Source: Enterococcus phage vB_OCPT_CCS1
Reading direction: 5' to 3' (one strand)
Length of the DNA stretch: 64,000 bases
Sequence record: ON113170.1
Program-made: the position numbers and the translations under genes
The notes under the pieces: model-generated
Seen by the model: the letters and a program-made list of their open reading frames with translations, nothing else
Told to the model about the DNA's origin: nothing
The model's database searches: none
Part shown: positions 47,616 to 56,494 of the stretch, one piece after another
Position numbering within the stretch: position 1 is the first letter of the stretch
How the letters are laid out: each line of letters opens with the position of its first letter

Positions 47616-48352
47616 CCGATAACCGTTTCTATGAGGCAGACATACAAGAACTAATCTTGAACAAAAAACGTATTTTTGGAGACATCGGGGAAAGTGCTAT
47701 TGTATTTGAGAAAGCAGTTATGAGAGGTAATACTATTTGTGATTGCTTAATCTTTACAGAAAAACGAGGCGTTATTGGTATTGAAATCAAGACAGAACGT
47801 GATTCAACTAAACGTTTGAATAAGCAACTTAAAGACTATGAAAAAGTCTGTGATTTTGTTTATGTTCTTTGCCATGATACACATGTACCAAAAGTGGAAC
47901 AGATTCTAAATAGATACAATCATAGACATGTTGGTATTTTAGCTTACACGGAGTTCATGGGTGAAGCTATGTTAGGAATATACAAAGAAGCAACCCCTTC
48001 ACCAAGTAAGAGTGCTTATCATATGCTAGACATTCTTTGGAAAGAAGAAATTCTAAAGATGTTAGGTACATTCAGACATTACGGTATTCGAGTAGAGACA
48101 GCTACAGGAACCAAATTTATGCACACAGCTAATCGTAGCGGAGGTGTGAGTGGTCTTTATACGAAGTCTGCGACCGGTAGGACGATGCGAAAGCCAGACT
48201 TGATAAGAAACCTTATAAATCGTGTAGGAGGTGCTGAGGAGGCTACTAGGGTCTTCTGTGACGTGTTCATTCATAATAGACAGCATCCAGAGAAAGCTAT
48301 TAAGTTAAGACACTTTAAACAGCAACCAATAAGGAGTGATAACAATGAGTAA
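47612..48352 (+). CDS. PD-(D/E)xK-fold nuclease, VRR-NUC-like
   Basis: GESAIVFEK...GNTICDCLIF...GVIGIEIKTERD fits the E / hhhD / hhExK triad. Confidence 0.45.
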   Translation: MTDNRFYEADIQELILNKKRIFGDIGESAIVFEKAVMRGNTICDCLIFTEKRGVIGIEIKTERDSTKRLNKQLKDYEKVCDFVYVLCHDTHVPKVEQILNRYNHRHVGILAYTEFMGEAMLGIYKEATPSPSKSAYHMLDILWKEEILKMLGTFRHYGIRVETATGTKFMHTANRSGGVSGLYTKSATGRTMRKPDLIRNLINRVGGAEEATRVFCDVFIHNRQHPEKAIKLRHFKQQPIRSDNNE

Positions 48353-48848
48353 ACAAGGACTGCCTTTCGGTACTTGGGAGAACTCCGCAGGAAGAAACTA
48401 CTCGGGGTTAGGTAATACAGATAATGGACATAATAAGAAACGAATGTCCACAAGAGGGTATTATCACGTAGCTCTGACAAAAGAGTATAGAGGACTAACA
48501 GAGAGGGACTTTGAACTAAAACTTGAATATGGGAAAGACCTTGTTTCTCAATATACAGGTGTACCGATTGATATGCTTGTTCTTCGTAAAAAAACAGAAA
48601 AACAAACACTTTCGTCTATAGATAGTGTATACTATGTTTGTCGAGGAAAGGAACCTATCGGTAAGCTGTCTGTAAGGGCACAGAGACGGTTTAAAGACCT
48701 TGGACTCACATTTGTATACCTAGAGAAGAACTATGCCCCTAAAGTAGTGAGAAGGGTGTCTAAGGGACAACGTAGTTTATTAGGGCAAACAAAGTCGGAT
48801 AAACGTAAAGCCAATCGAAAACAGAAGAAACCAAAAACAACAAACTAG
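48348..48848 (+). CDS. hypothetical protein with basic C-terminal tail
   Basis: ATG at 48348 overlapping the upstream stop. C-terminus KRKANRKQKKPKTTN. Confidence 0.4.
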   Translation, partial: SKQGLPFGTWENSAGRNYSGLGNTDNGHNKKRMSTRGYYHVALTKEYRGLTERDFELKLEYGKDLVSQYTGVPIDMLVLRKKTEKQTLSSIDSVYYVCRGKEPIGKLSVRAQRRFKDLGLTFVYLEKNYAPKVVRRVSKGQRSLLGQTKSDKRKANRKQKKPKTTN

Positions 48849-48858
48849 GAGGACAAAC

Positions 48859-49725
48859 ATGTTAAGTAAGGGGAAACTAGCTACACTTAAAAAATTAAAT
48901 AATATTGTAACAAACAAGGAATACATTCTAGTGGGTGCTCGATATACAAATGATTCACTAGAAAGAGATATTCCAATTACAACTGTGATTGATGATGTTG
49001 TTATTGACTTAAAGAGAGACACTATGGCAGGCTGTGTGTTTTTTAGACCTGTTGGGGATGCGCAACGAAATGCCCTGTCCTTATTAAAAGATGCTTGTAT
49101 GCACTTTGGTTATGGGGAGTTCTTAGACGAAGCAATCGAACCACCTGCTATGTACGCAGGACTGAAAGCCAATGTCATGCTACCTGATACAGCTTTCTCT
49201 AATATTCAAGAAATTCCTTTTAATATTTACTTCACTGCACCAGAAGTGTTCTGTGAAGAAGTGACCATAAAAGGGCGAAAACATAGTCAGTACACCATTT
49301 TAGACCGTATTAGTTTAAACGAGGGTGACCATGTAGAACAATCACTTGTATTGCTTTTCCGTAAAGCGGAATATGACGGGGAAACTTTGTTAGGAGCATA
49401 TACAGACACAAAGCTTACTCGGACAGAAGCTATTAAGCTACTTCAATTTGTTAGTAATGGTTCCTTACTTGAACAAGTAGTTGGGGCAGTTACCGTATTC
49501 TCAAATAAAGTAGTGTCTACACTTATTCCTTTGTTTAATGATGTAGATATAAGCTTTATGAAATCAGGAGAAGGAAACCCTGTTGTCTCTATTACAGCAG
49601 ATACAGGAGGCATTACTTTTGATGAAAAAGATTTAGATGGTATGTCTATTGAATCTCCTAGTTTCGGAGCTTACCGTCTTGTGTTACATGTAGGAAAGGA
49701 TACAGTAAGTATTTTAATTGGATAA
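48859..49725 (+). CDS. hypothetical protein (288 aa)
   Basis: ATG after CTAGGAGGACAAAC. Confidence 0.45.
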   Translation: MLSKGKLATLKKLNNIVTNKEYILVGARYTNDSLERDIPITTVIDDVVIDLKRDTMAGCVFFRPVGDAQRNALSLLKDACMHFGYGEFLDEAIEPPAMYAGLKANVMLPDTAFSNIQEIPFNIYFTAPEVFCEEVTIKGRKHSQYTILDRISLNEGDHVEQSLVLLFRKAEYDGETLLGAYTDTKLTRTEAIKLLQFVSNGSLLEQVVGAVTVFSNKVVSTLIPLFNDVDISFMKSGEGNPVVSITADTGGITFDEKDLDGMSIESPSFGAYRLVLHVGKDTVSILIG

Positions 49726-49737
49726 ATTTTTTTGTAA

Positions 49738-49770
49738 GGGAGTCAAATTATATATTGACTCCTTTATTTT
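49738..49770 (+). terminator. rho-independent terminator overlapping a promoter -35
   Basis: GGGAGTCAA...TTGACTCC stem followed by TTTATTTTT. TTGACT-17-(TGC)TAAGAT follows. Confidence 0.6.
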
Positions 49771-49836
49771 TGTGTGCTAAGATAAGTTCAGTTGTTGTAC
49801 AGGGTTACAACGACAGCATGTACAGGAGGGAAAGAA

Positions 49837-50385
49837 ATGAGTATAGCATCAAGTTTAGATAGAGCAGATGATTGGTTGTTGTCGCACTTATGTGATATGC
49901 GTTTATTGTCCTTGTCCCAGAAGGAAGAATTAACTTCTAATGATAAAGCAGAAATAGAACTTATTAAAGACCTTAATATGAGGCTGATTTGTAATTCTCA
50001 GAAGAAAGAAGTTAAAACTGTAAATGTCTGTACACCAGACCTTACAGAGGGGCTTTTAAGTAACGCCTATTCAAACACTGTTGATATGAAGTCAGAAGAA
50101 GCATGGTATGCAACGTTGTTGAAGAGAACCTTAGATGTTATAGATGGTATTCCTTATGTAGGAAATATCTCGGTATTTGTAGAGTCGGATGACGTTTGTA
50201 TTACGCTTATGGGGCATGTAAGACACGACAATGACTTAGACTGTAATTTATACGAAATTTCTTTCGAAAATCTCGGTGGTTATGAAGACATAGCTATTTG
50301 TGTTGAAGGTGTTGACATATCGTTCCCTGAGTATTTAACCTTTATTGAAGAGGAACTTCCTGACATCTTAAAAAAATCATTATGA
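49837..50385 (+). CDS. hypothetical protein
   Basis: ATG at 49837 after CAGGAGGGAAAGAA. Confidence 0.4.
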   Translation: MSIASSLDRADDWLLSHLCDMRLLSLSQKEELTSNDKAEIELIKDLNMRLICNSQKKEVKTVNVCTPDLTEGLLSNAYSNTVDMKSEEAWYATLLKRTLDVIDGIPYVGNISVFVESDDVCITLMGHVRHDNDLDCNLYEISFENLGGYEDIAICVEGVDISFPEYLTFIEEELPDILKKSL

Positions 50386-50397
50386 GGAGAGAGAATA

Positions 50398-51246
50398 ATG
50401 GATTTAAAACAAGCTTACAACTATGCAGTAGAACATTTAAATGAAAATGTAACAACCGAAAGTGAACGTATTTACGTATTGGCTGTTTTCCAACTAGGAA
50501 GCCGATATGCAGGATACGATGTTGAATCAAGTGATTACGATTTTACAGTCGTTTACATGCCGTCTGCTTATGATTTATTAAACCGTGAGTATGGACGTAG
50601 CAAAATTAAGTTTGAACATAATGATTATGAAGTGGAAATGTCTTTCATGGATATTCGCAAATATGTGAACCGCTTGCTGTCAAGTGCGTTAGAAACCCTA
50701 CAAATGGTGTTTGCACCAGCTAGCATGAGCTACTATGCTAAATTTGGAGACGATAACTTATCATTACGAGCAGAAGAACTTGTAGGTTTTATGCTAAAAT
50801 TACGAGACAATCGTAAATCCTTTGTCTACTTGAACACAGATAAGCTATATGATTCAATTTCAGGAAGAGCAAAGTCTTCTATGGGTAATGCTAGCATTAG
50901 TTACACAAATGATGAATATGGTCGAACAATTAAGTATGCGATTGGTGTTGAATACATGCAAGACCTACTTCAAGCATTATACTACAATGAAGACATTCGA
51001 GAAGGTTTAACTGTTTCACCTATGCAAGCCCCTGTTTATAAGGAACATCGAAACAATCCTAGCTATGAAATTGCTCGTTTGTATCATTCTCGTGCTGTTA
51101 ACCTTATTGAGAAAATGGTTTTAAACAAAGAAGTGGTTCGTGAAACTTTACGAAAATTACAGCCGACCGCAGGTATGATTAGAGCAGTAAGAGAAGTATG
51201 GACAGAAGAGTTTGTAAACATTATCTTGGGAGGTTATGACGACTAA
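50398..51246 (+). CDS. Pol-beta-superfamily nucleotidyltransferase
   Basis: Signature hGS-x10-DhDh: VFQLGSRYAGYDVESSDYDFTVVY. Confidence 0.55.
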   Translation: MDLKQAYNYAVEHLNENVTTESERIYVLAVFQLGSRYAGYDVESSDYDFTVVYMPSAYDLLNREYGRSKIKFEHNDYEVEMSFMDIRKYVNRLLSSALETLQMVFAPASMSYYAKFGDDNLSLRAEELVGFMLKLRDNRKSFVYLNTDKLYDSISGRAKSSMGNASISYTNDEYGRTIKYAIGVEYMQDLLQALYYNEDIREGLTVSPMQAPVYKEHRNNPSYEIARLYHSRAVNLIEKMVLNKEVVRETLRKLQPTAGMIRAVREVWTEEFVNIILGGYDD

Positions 51247-52973
51247 TGATGGCAACAGCAGTGAAAGAAAGAACATTAGATGAAATCTTAACCAATCCTA
51301 AGAAACCAATGACAGAGAAACTGGTTGAAGCTGAACAGCTAATTAAGAGCAGTGAACATGTTTACGACTTTGGGTTAGGTACAATTAAAGAAACTATGGT
51401 GATGTCTGGCAAAAACTGGTTAGCTAGTCACTTATATATCAAAGAAGTTACTACTTACGGGTTTATCTTGCAAGCCGTTGTATACAAACAGTCCTTAGTT
51501 GAGCAGGCTATTACTAACGATGAAGGTGAAGAAATAAAACCTGCTTCTTATGACTATGAGCTAAACCGTGTCTATGAGTTAGAATACAGTCTACGAGATA
51601 AGTATACTAGACTGCTTAAAAATGGTAGTCCCTTGAAATTCTCAGAGAACAACATCAAAAACATGTTTTCAGGTCAAGAAGGTGTTATTCAAAAACTAGA
51701 TTCATGCTGTAACACTGAGATGTACTCTTCTATGTATGACGTGTTTAGTTGTATTGGAAATGAATCAGTACCCCAAGTAGCTCGCTTTCTTGTTAGATTT
51801 ATGCAATTGAACGTGGTTGAATTAATCTATAAAAGTGGGGTTCCTGTTCCTTTTGCTAAAGGCTTTGCTAGAGACCAAGCTAGGAAACTTGAGAAAGGTG
51901 GCAATTGGTATGCTAGCCCAGAGCCTAATGCTAACTGGGTAGATTGTACAGCTACTGCACCTGCAAAGGTTCTTGACATTCCAAAGTCCTTATTTAAGAT
52001 TATCTGTCAAGGTGATATTAGCTTCAATGAATATGTTTCAATGCACAGAGCTATAGAAAGAGCTGAAAGTGTGGGTTTTGAAAAGGAACCTCGTAAGGAA
52101 TGGAACAGGGAACTACGAATGTATATTAAACCCGAAGAAGACGAAGCTATTGTACAAAAAAGGGAGAAGTACAATGAGAAATGTCTAAAACGAAATAAAC
52201 AAGGAATCATTCGAGCTTGCGGTGCACTGTATCATTTGTTTACCTTTGCTGTGGAACTAGATAATGAATATGGAATTAAAAAAGCAAGTAATTTAGCTTC
52301 TCATGAGTTTGAAGACATGTTATCTAGGGAAGTAAAGCCTAACTGTGTAAACAATCTACAAAATAACTCAGCAGTTTGTATTGCCTTTTCTCTAGGATTG
52401 GAATTGAACCGTGTTGCTAGATACATGTATTATCAGTTACATGTGGAGCAGGGATTTACTAATGGATATTATAATGCAACTTACCGTGACTACCTGCGTA
52501 TGATGCGACAACTAGAAATTGCAGATAAAGGTAATTATCCTAAATCATTGAAAACAGTGCATGATGTAGCTGAAATGAATACCAGAATGATTGAGGACAA
52601 AGAACTAGCAGATAACTTTGCGGAACAAACTAAGCATTACCGAGAGTGGGAAGACGTTAAAGTTCGAGGTAGTAAGTACATTATGCGTGCACCTGAGAGT
52701 ATAGACGACCTTGCCAAAGAAGGTTCTAGTCTAAGCCACTGTGTATTCAGTTATGCTCGTTCAGTAGCCCTAGGAGAAACTACGATTATGTTCTTACGTA
52801 CTAAAGCTTCTCCAGATGATAGCTTGGTTACAGTTGAGATTAAGTACAGCCCTAGTCGAGAATGCTATAGAATTGTGCAAGCTCGTGGGCATTCCAACCG
52901 ACCATTAACGACTGCGGAAAACGAGTTTTTAGAGAAATGGTGCAAAAAATCGGGAAATGTGGAGAGAAAATAG
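51246..52973 (+). CDS. large protein with C-terminal Cys/His-containing domain (PcfJ-like by recollection), translationally coupled to the nucleotidyltransferase
   Basis: TAATG overlap with the upstream gene. C-terminus SSLSHCVFSYARSVALGETTIMFLR...ECYRIVQARGHSNRP. Confidence 0.4.
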   Translation: MMATAVKERTLDEILTNPKKPMTEKLVEAEQLIKSSEHVYDFGLGTIKETMVMSGKNWLASHLYIKEVTTYGFILQAVVYKQSLVEQAITNDEGEEIKPASYDYELNRVYELEYSLRDKYTRLLKNGSPLKFSENNIKNMFSGQEGVIQKLDSCCNTEMYSSMYDVFSCIGNESVPQVARFLVRFMQLNVVELIYKSGVPVPFAKGFARDQARKLEKGGNWYASPEPNANWVDCTATAPAKVLDIPKSLFKIICQGDISFNEYVSMHRAIERAESVGFEKEPRKEWNRELRMYIKPEEDEAIVQKREKYNEKCLKRNKQGIIRACGALYHLFTFAVELDNEYGIKKASNLASHEFEDMLSREVKPNCVNNLQNNSAVCIAFSLGLELNRVARYMYYQLHVEQGFTNGYYNATYRDYLRMMRQLEIADKGNYPKSLKTVHDVAEMNTRMIEDKELADNFAEQTKHYREWEDVKVRGSKYIMRAPESIDDLAKEGSSLSHCVFSYARSVALGETTIMFLRTKASPDDSLVTVEIKYSPSRECYRIVQARGHSNRPLTTAENEFLEKWCKKSGNVERK

Positions 52974-53100
52974 GCTATTTTAAAATGAAAAAATACTACT
53001 AGTTAGTTTGTGTTCTTAAGTTAGCTAAAACGAGTTATTTCAAATAACAATTTTCTACCTACAAATGTTTCATATATAATTCACAGAAAAAACACAAAAA

Positions 53101-53127
53101 ACCCTACAGTTATGTGGGGTTTTCTTG
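53101..53127 (+). terminator. rho-independent terminator (stem with one G-U pair)
   Basis: ACCCTACAGTTATGTGGGGT followed by TTTCTTG. Confidence 0.5.
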
Positions 53128-53250
53128 CGTTTCATTTATATCTGAAATTTAACAGTTATGTGTGCTATATTAACAGTAGAACCTAAGAAGGGCGGGCTTT
53201 ATCCGTGTTCTTAGAATATAGACATGTTGAAGGAGTTTGTATTTGAAATG

Positions 53251-53943
53251 GCTAAAAAAGACTTAAATAACAGTTCAGTATTGCTGAACCTATATCACAA
53301 TAAACTATTGGTATCAAAGGTTGATGAAGCCCTAGACGAGGGTAAACCTTATGATTTTATTATTGCTTTTTGTAAAGAGAAATTTGACTTTGAAATCAGT
53401 AAACCTGCATTATCTCGTTATAAAGAAAAACGTAGAGAGGCAATCGAACAGGGTGTAGACCTTGAATCTCTACTTGACAAAAGACGAAAATCTGGTAAAG
53501 TTATAGACCTAAAGGGAAAAGAGGTTGAAACTCTACCAAACACGAACACGTCTTATGACCAAACGTTTAATGCAGTAGAGCAAATTTATAATGACGTTGA
53601 AGTGTTAGACACTATCATTCAAAAAGGCTTTGCTAGCTTGAAAGAAGTCGATTATGTAGAAGCACCTCTTGCCATGAAAGCTATCGAGGTTAAAGCAAAG
53701 GTTACGGGTAATCAACTGCAAGGGTTAAGTCTAGTGGGATTGCGTGAACTAAGATTACGTCAGTCTGCTAAAGAACAAGCAATGACCGAAGTTATCTTAC
53801 GTTTTATCCCAGAGGAACAACACGAAGAAGTTTACCAAGCAATTGAAGAAGCAGAAGCAGAGTTCTATGAAAACTTAGACCTAACAGCAGAAGATGCACG
53901 TATCACTAGCGCACTCGAACAAGCGGGCATGAACATTATCTAA
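53251..53943 (+). CDS. hypothetical protein, helical/acidic
   Basis: ATG at 53251 (MAKKDLNN...). No motif recognised. Confidence 0.45.
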   Translation, partial: AKKDLNNSSVLLNLYHNKLLVSKVDEALDEGKPYDFIIAFCKEKFDFEISKPALSRYKEKRREAIEQGVDLESLLDKRRKSGKVIDLKGKEVETLPNTNTSYDQTFNAVEQIYNDVEVLDTIIQKGFASLKEVDYVEAPLAMKAIEVKAKVTGNQLQGLSLVGLRELRLRQSAKEQAMTEVILRFIPEEQHEEVYQAIEEAEAEFYENLDLTAEDARITSALEQAGMNII

Positions 53944-53955
53944 GGGGGCATTTAA

Positions 53956-54420
53956 ATGGCAGAAAATCTAGTGGAAGTAGACTATAAAGGGCTGACTTTA
54001 CAAGAAGCACTTCAAGCGCTACTAGACAAAAAAGTACTGTTAGTCAAAGGACTGGAACAAAGTCGGAATTTAGACGTATTGATACGTCTTTACACCGAAG
54101 GAGTCGTACCTGTTACTCAAATCAGCTATGATGTTGTTCCTGCTGATGGGCATTGGAGAGAAGAATATTGGCAGATATTTGATATATCTGTTAATGCACT
54201 AAGTACGTATCCGTGTTACGTATACGATGCTGAAACGGCTAATAAAGCACCTAAGTTCCTGATTGGAACAACAGTTTATTACACCAGTAAGATGGATAGC
54301 ACTCGGGATTCAGCTATTGTTATTGGTTTGTACAAAGATGAAGAAGGTAACTGGCACTACAAGTTAAGTAGAGACCAAGAAATTTATGCAGAGACAGAGC
54401 TTACAGCAGACAGGTTGTAA
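53956..54420 (+). CDS. hypothetical protein (154 aa)
   Basis: ATG after AAGGGGGCATTTAA. Confidence 0.45.
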   Translation: MAENLVEVDYKGLTLQEALQALLDKKVLLVKGLEQSRNLDVLIRLYTEGVVPVTQISYDVVPADGHWREEYWQIFDISVNALSTYPCYVYDAETANKAPKFLIGTTVYYTSKMDSTRDSAIVIGLYKDEEGNWHYKLSRDQEIYAETELTADRL

Positions 54421-54436
54421 GCCTGTCTTTTTTTTG
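54407..54436 (+). terminator. rho-independent terminator
   Basis: AGACAGG-TTGTAAG-CCTGTCT followed by TTTTTTTT. Confidence 0.7.
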
Positions 54437-54447
54437 TAATTAAAATG

Positions 54448-54476
54448 TTGACAATAAACAATAAGCCTGATATACT
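54448..54476 (+). promoter_or_regulatory. strong sigma-A-type early promoter
   Basis: TTGACA-17-TATACT. Confidence 0.6.
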
Positions 54477-54508
54477 CTAAGTATAGATTAAGAGAAGGAG
54501 AACTAAGC

Positions 54509-55213
54509 ATGAAAAAACCCTATGAAATACCCAATTATTTGCTAAACATGTTGAAGAATTACAAGGACGGTATTAAATATGGTAGTCCGTCATTAGACGA
54601 TTTTTTAGAAAAAAATTCAGACTATGAAGGCTACGTTAGACTAATTAAAGAGCGTACAAAAAGTGACGTAGACTTTAAAGCTATAGCAGGTAAGTTCCTT
54701 ATTGATGGTGATGTCACAGGTTATGATACAGAATTTGATAAACTATTGTTTTTGATAGACTCAATAAATCAACAAATAGCCAAATTTGTTACAGAAGCAA
54801 ATGAGCTAGCTGTATCAGGAAATTACTTTGGTAAGCCTAGTCGAAGTGATAAGGTATCCCGTGTATTTCTACGAGTTAAACCGGGTAAATGTTTAGATAA
54901 TATTGAAATCTATATCTATCCCAGTAGCTCACCATTTGCGGGCTTAGTTAGTGGAGTTGACTTCACCAATAAAGAAGGGTGCTCAACGGTTATTACACTT
55001 AAAGGGAAGCAGGGTTGCATAGATTTTAATGGGTTAACCACACATAAGTTATACTCAGCCTCTTGTTTTAAGACTGTACAGGGTAAAGCTAAAAAATACA
55101 TGGAATCTAAACTTTTTAGCCCCGAGTTTCGAGATTTAATTAGTACATTAAATGATTCGTTGTATTATATTTATCAGGGAGAAAAGAATCCAATGGATAT
55201 TTTAATTAAATAA
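54509..55213 (+). CDS. early protein, paralog A (234 aa)
   Basis: Shares N-terminal (K.YE.PNY.L.M...Y) and C-terminal (NPMDILIK*) blocks with the 55227 gene. Confidence 0.5.
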   Translation: MKKPYEIPNYLLNMLKNYKDGIKYGSPSLDDFLEKNSDYEGYVRLIKERTKSDVDFKAIAGKFLIDGDVTGYDTEFDKLLFLIDSINQQIAKFVTEANELAVSGNYFGKPSRSDKVSRVFLRVKPGKCLDNIEIYIYPSSSPFAGLVSGVDFTNKEGCSTVITLKGKQGCIDFNGLTTHKLYSASCFKTVQGKAKKYMESKLFSPEFRDLISTLNDSLYYIYQGEKNPMDILIK

Positions 55214-55226
55214 AGGAGAGATAATC

Positions 55227-55907
55227 ATGGAGAAAACTTATAAAATGCCTAATTACATGTTAACCATGTTTAATGAATACCTAGAAAAAAATGAAAGACC
55301 TTCTTTAGAAGATTTTTTAAAGAAGTACCCCAAGTATAAAGAATATGCGTATCTCATTAGTAATTACACTACTAATGGAGATGATTTATTAGCTTTAGCC
55401 GGAAAGGCACTTATTGATAATGACTCTATTCAGGGATACAGAACAGAGTTTGATGCAATTATTGGTCGTATGCGTAATATTAACAATATGTTGGAAAATG
55501 TAGCGTTAGGTGTGGTGGATAAAGTCAGCTTTTTTAGGCGCTCAAGAGTAGTTACCCCACAATTTGAACTTGACCTAGACATAGAGCAGAAAAAGGACGA
55601 AGCGATAGTTTTCTGGACAAGCTGTACGTGTAAAAAGTTTTTTGCGGGTTACCCAGAACAATATCAGTGGGGCAATGGGTACGTAAATGTAAGTCTCTAT
55701 GCAAAAAGAGGTAACATAACGTTTACTAATTTAACTATGGAGACTCTATGTCGTCTTTTTTGTGAAAAAGATGGAGACCAAGAAATCCAAGAGGGAGTAG
55801 AGCGCATATTGTTAAGACCAGAGTTTGTTGCCTCGGTTGAAGAATTTAGCAATAAGTTGTATGCAAGTTCAAGAAAACAAAACCCAATGGATATTTTAAT
55901 CAAGTAA
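55227..55907 (+). CDS. early protein, paralog B (226 aa)
   Basis: Tandem paralog of the 54509 gene with an identical RBS context (AAAGGAGAGATAATCATGG). Confidence 0.5.
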   Translation: MEKTYKMPNYMLTMFNEYLEKNERPSLEDFLKKYPKYKEYAYLISNYTTNGDDLLALAGKALIDNDSIQGYRTEFDAIIGRMRNINNMLENVALGVVDKVSFFRRSRVVTPQFELDLDIEQKKDEAIVFWTSCTCKKFFAGYPEQYQWGNGYVNVSLYAKRGNITFTNLTMETLCRLFCEKDGDQEIQEGVERILLRPEFVASVEEFSNKLYASSRKQNPMDILIK

Positions 55908-55920
55908 AGGAGAGATAATC

Positions 55921-56055
55921 ATGAAAGACATGAAAGACTTTAAACATAGAGACGATATTGATTCTGATATTTTTGCCCTACTTCTCAAACTTACTAATAT
56001 CAGTACGAGTTTGTTTCCGGGAAGTATTCTAATAAGTACTTCACACGAAAAGTAG
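55921..56055 (+). CDS. small 44-aa ORF behind a third copy of the shared RBS
   Basis: GTAAAGGAGAGATAATCATG, identical to the RBS of the 55227 gene. Not in the ORF track (<60 aa). Confidence 0.35.
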   Translation: MKDMKDFKHRDDIDSDIFALLLKLTNISTSLFPGSILISTSHEK

Positions 56056-56126
56056 TTGACAGTACTAGTACAAGATGTTAACATGTTTATGTACAAGAAA
56101 ACAAATCAAGGAGAGATGTACAGATG
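56056..56126 (+). repeat. 71-bp promoter/operator/RBS cassette, copy 1
   Basis: TTGACA-GTACTAGTAC palindrome-TAACAT...AAGGAGAGATGTACAGATG. Identical to 56424-56494. Confidence 0.7.
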
Positions 56127-56423
56127 GAAGAAAAAAAGACTTATACTTTAGAGGAAGTTAGAGAGGAAATTAAGGTGAGAGAGAGAGAAGCTAAAAAATT
56201 AGAAGAGTTGCTTGCAGAACTACCAGACGATGTCTTATGTAAGGAATATGATGCAATGACATACGACAGGTTTTATGCTTGGGGAAATGATTCTTGTAGA
56301 CAAGTGCAGGAATTATTGAGTAAACATAATTATAACTTGGACTCAATTCAATTGGTTCACGACGTATTCTATATACTGGAAGATTGGGTAGAAGGGGAAA
56401 TAGCTTACAGGGAAGATAAGTAA
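56124..56423 (+). CDS. hypothetical acidic protein (99 aa)
   Basis: Driven by cassette copy 1. Confidence 0.45.
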   Translation: MEEKKTYTLEEVREEIKVREREAKKLEELLAELPDDVLCKEYDAMTYDRFYAWGNDSCRQVQELLSKHNYNLDSIQLVHDVFYILEDWVEGEIAYREDK

Positions 56424-56494
56424 TTGACAGTACTAGTACAAGATGTTAACATGTTTATGTACAAGAAAACAAATCAAGGAGAGATGTACAGATG
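56424..56494 (+). repeat. 71-bp promoter/operator/RBS cassette, copy 2
   Basis: Exact duplicate of 56056-56126. Confidence 0.7.

Noticed and set aside
53130-53180. Repeated ACAGTTATGTG motif (53106 and 53152) as a regulatory direct repeat
   Set aside because: There are only two copies, one of them inside the terminator stem. That is insufficient to distinguish from chance, so it is noted but not called.
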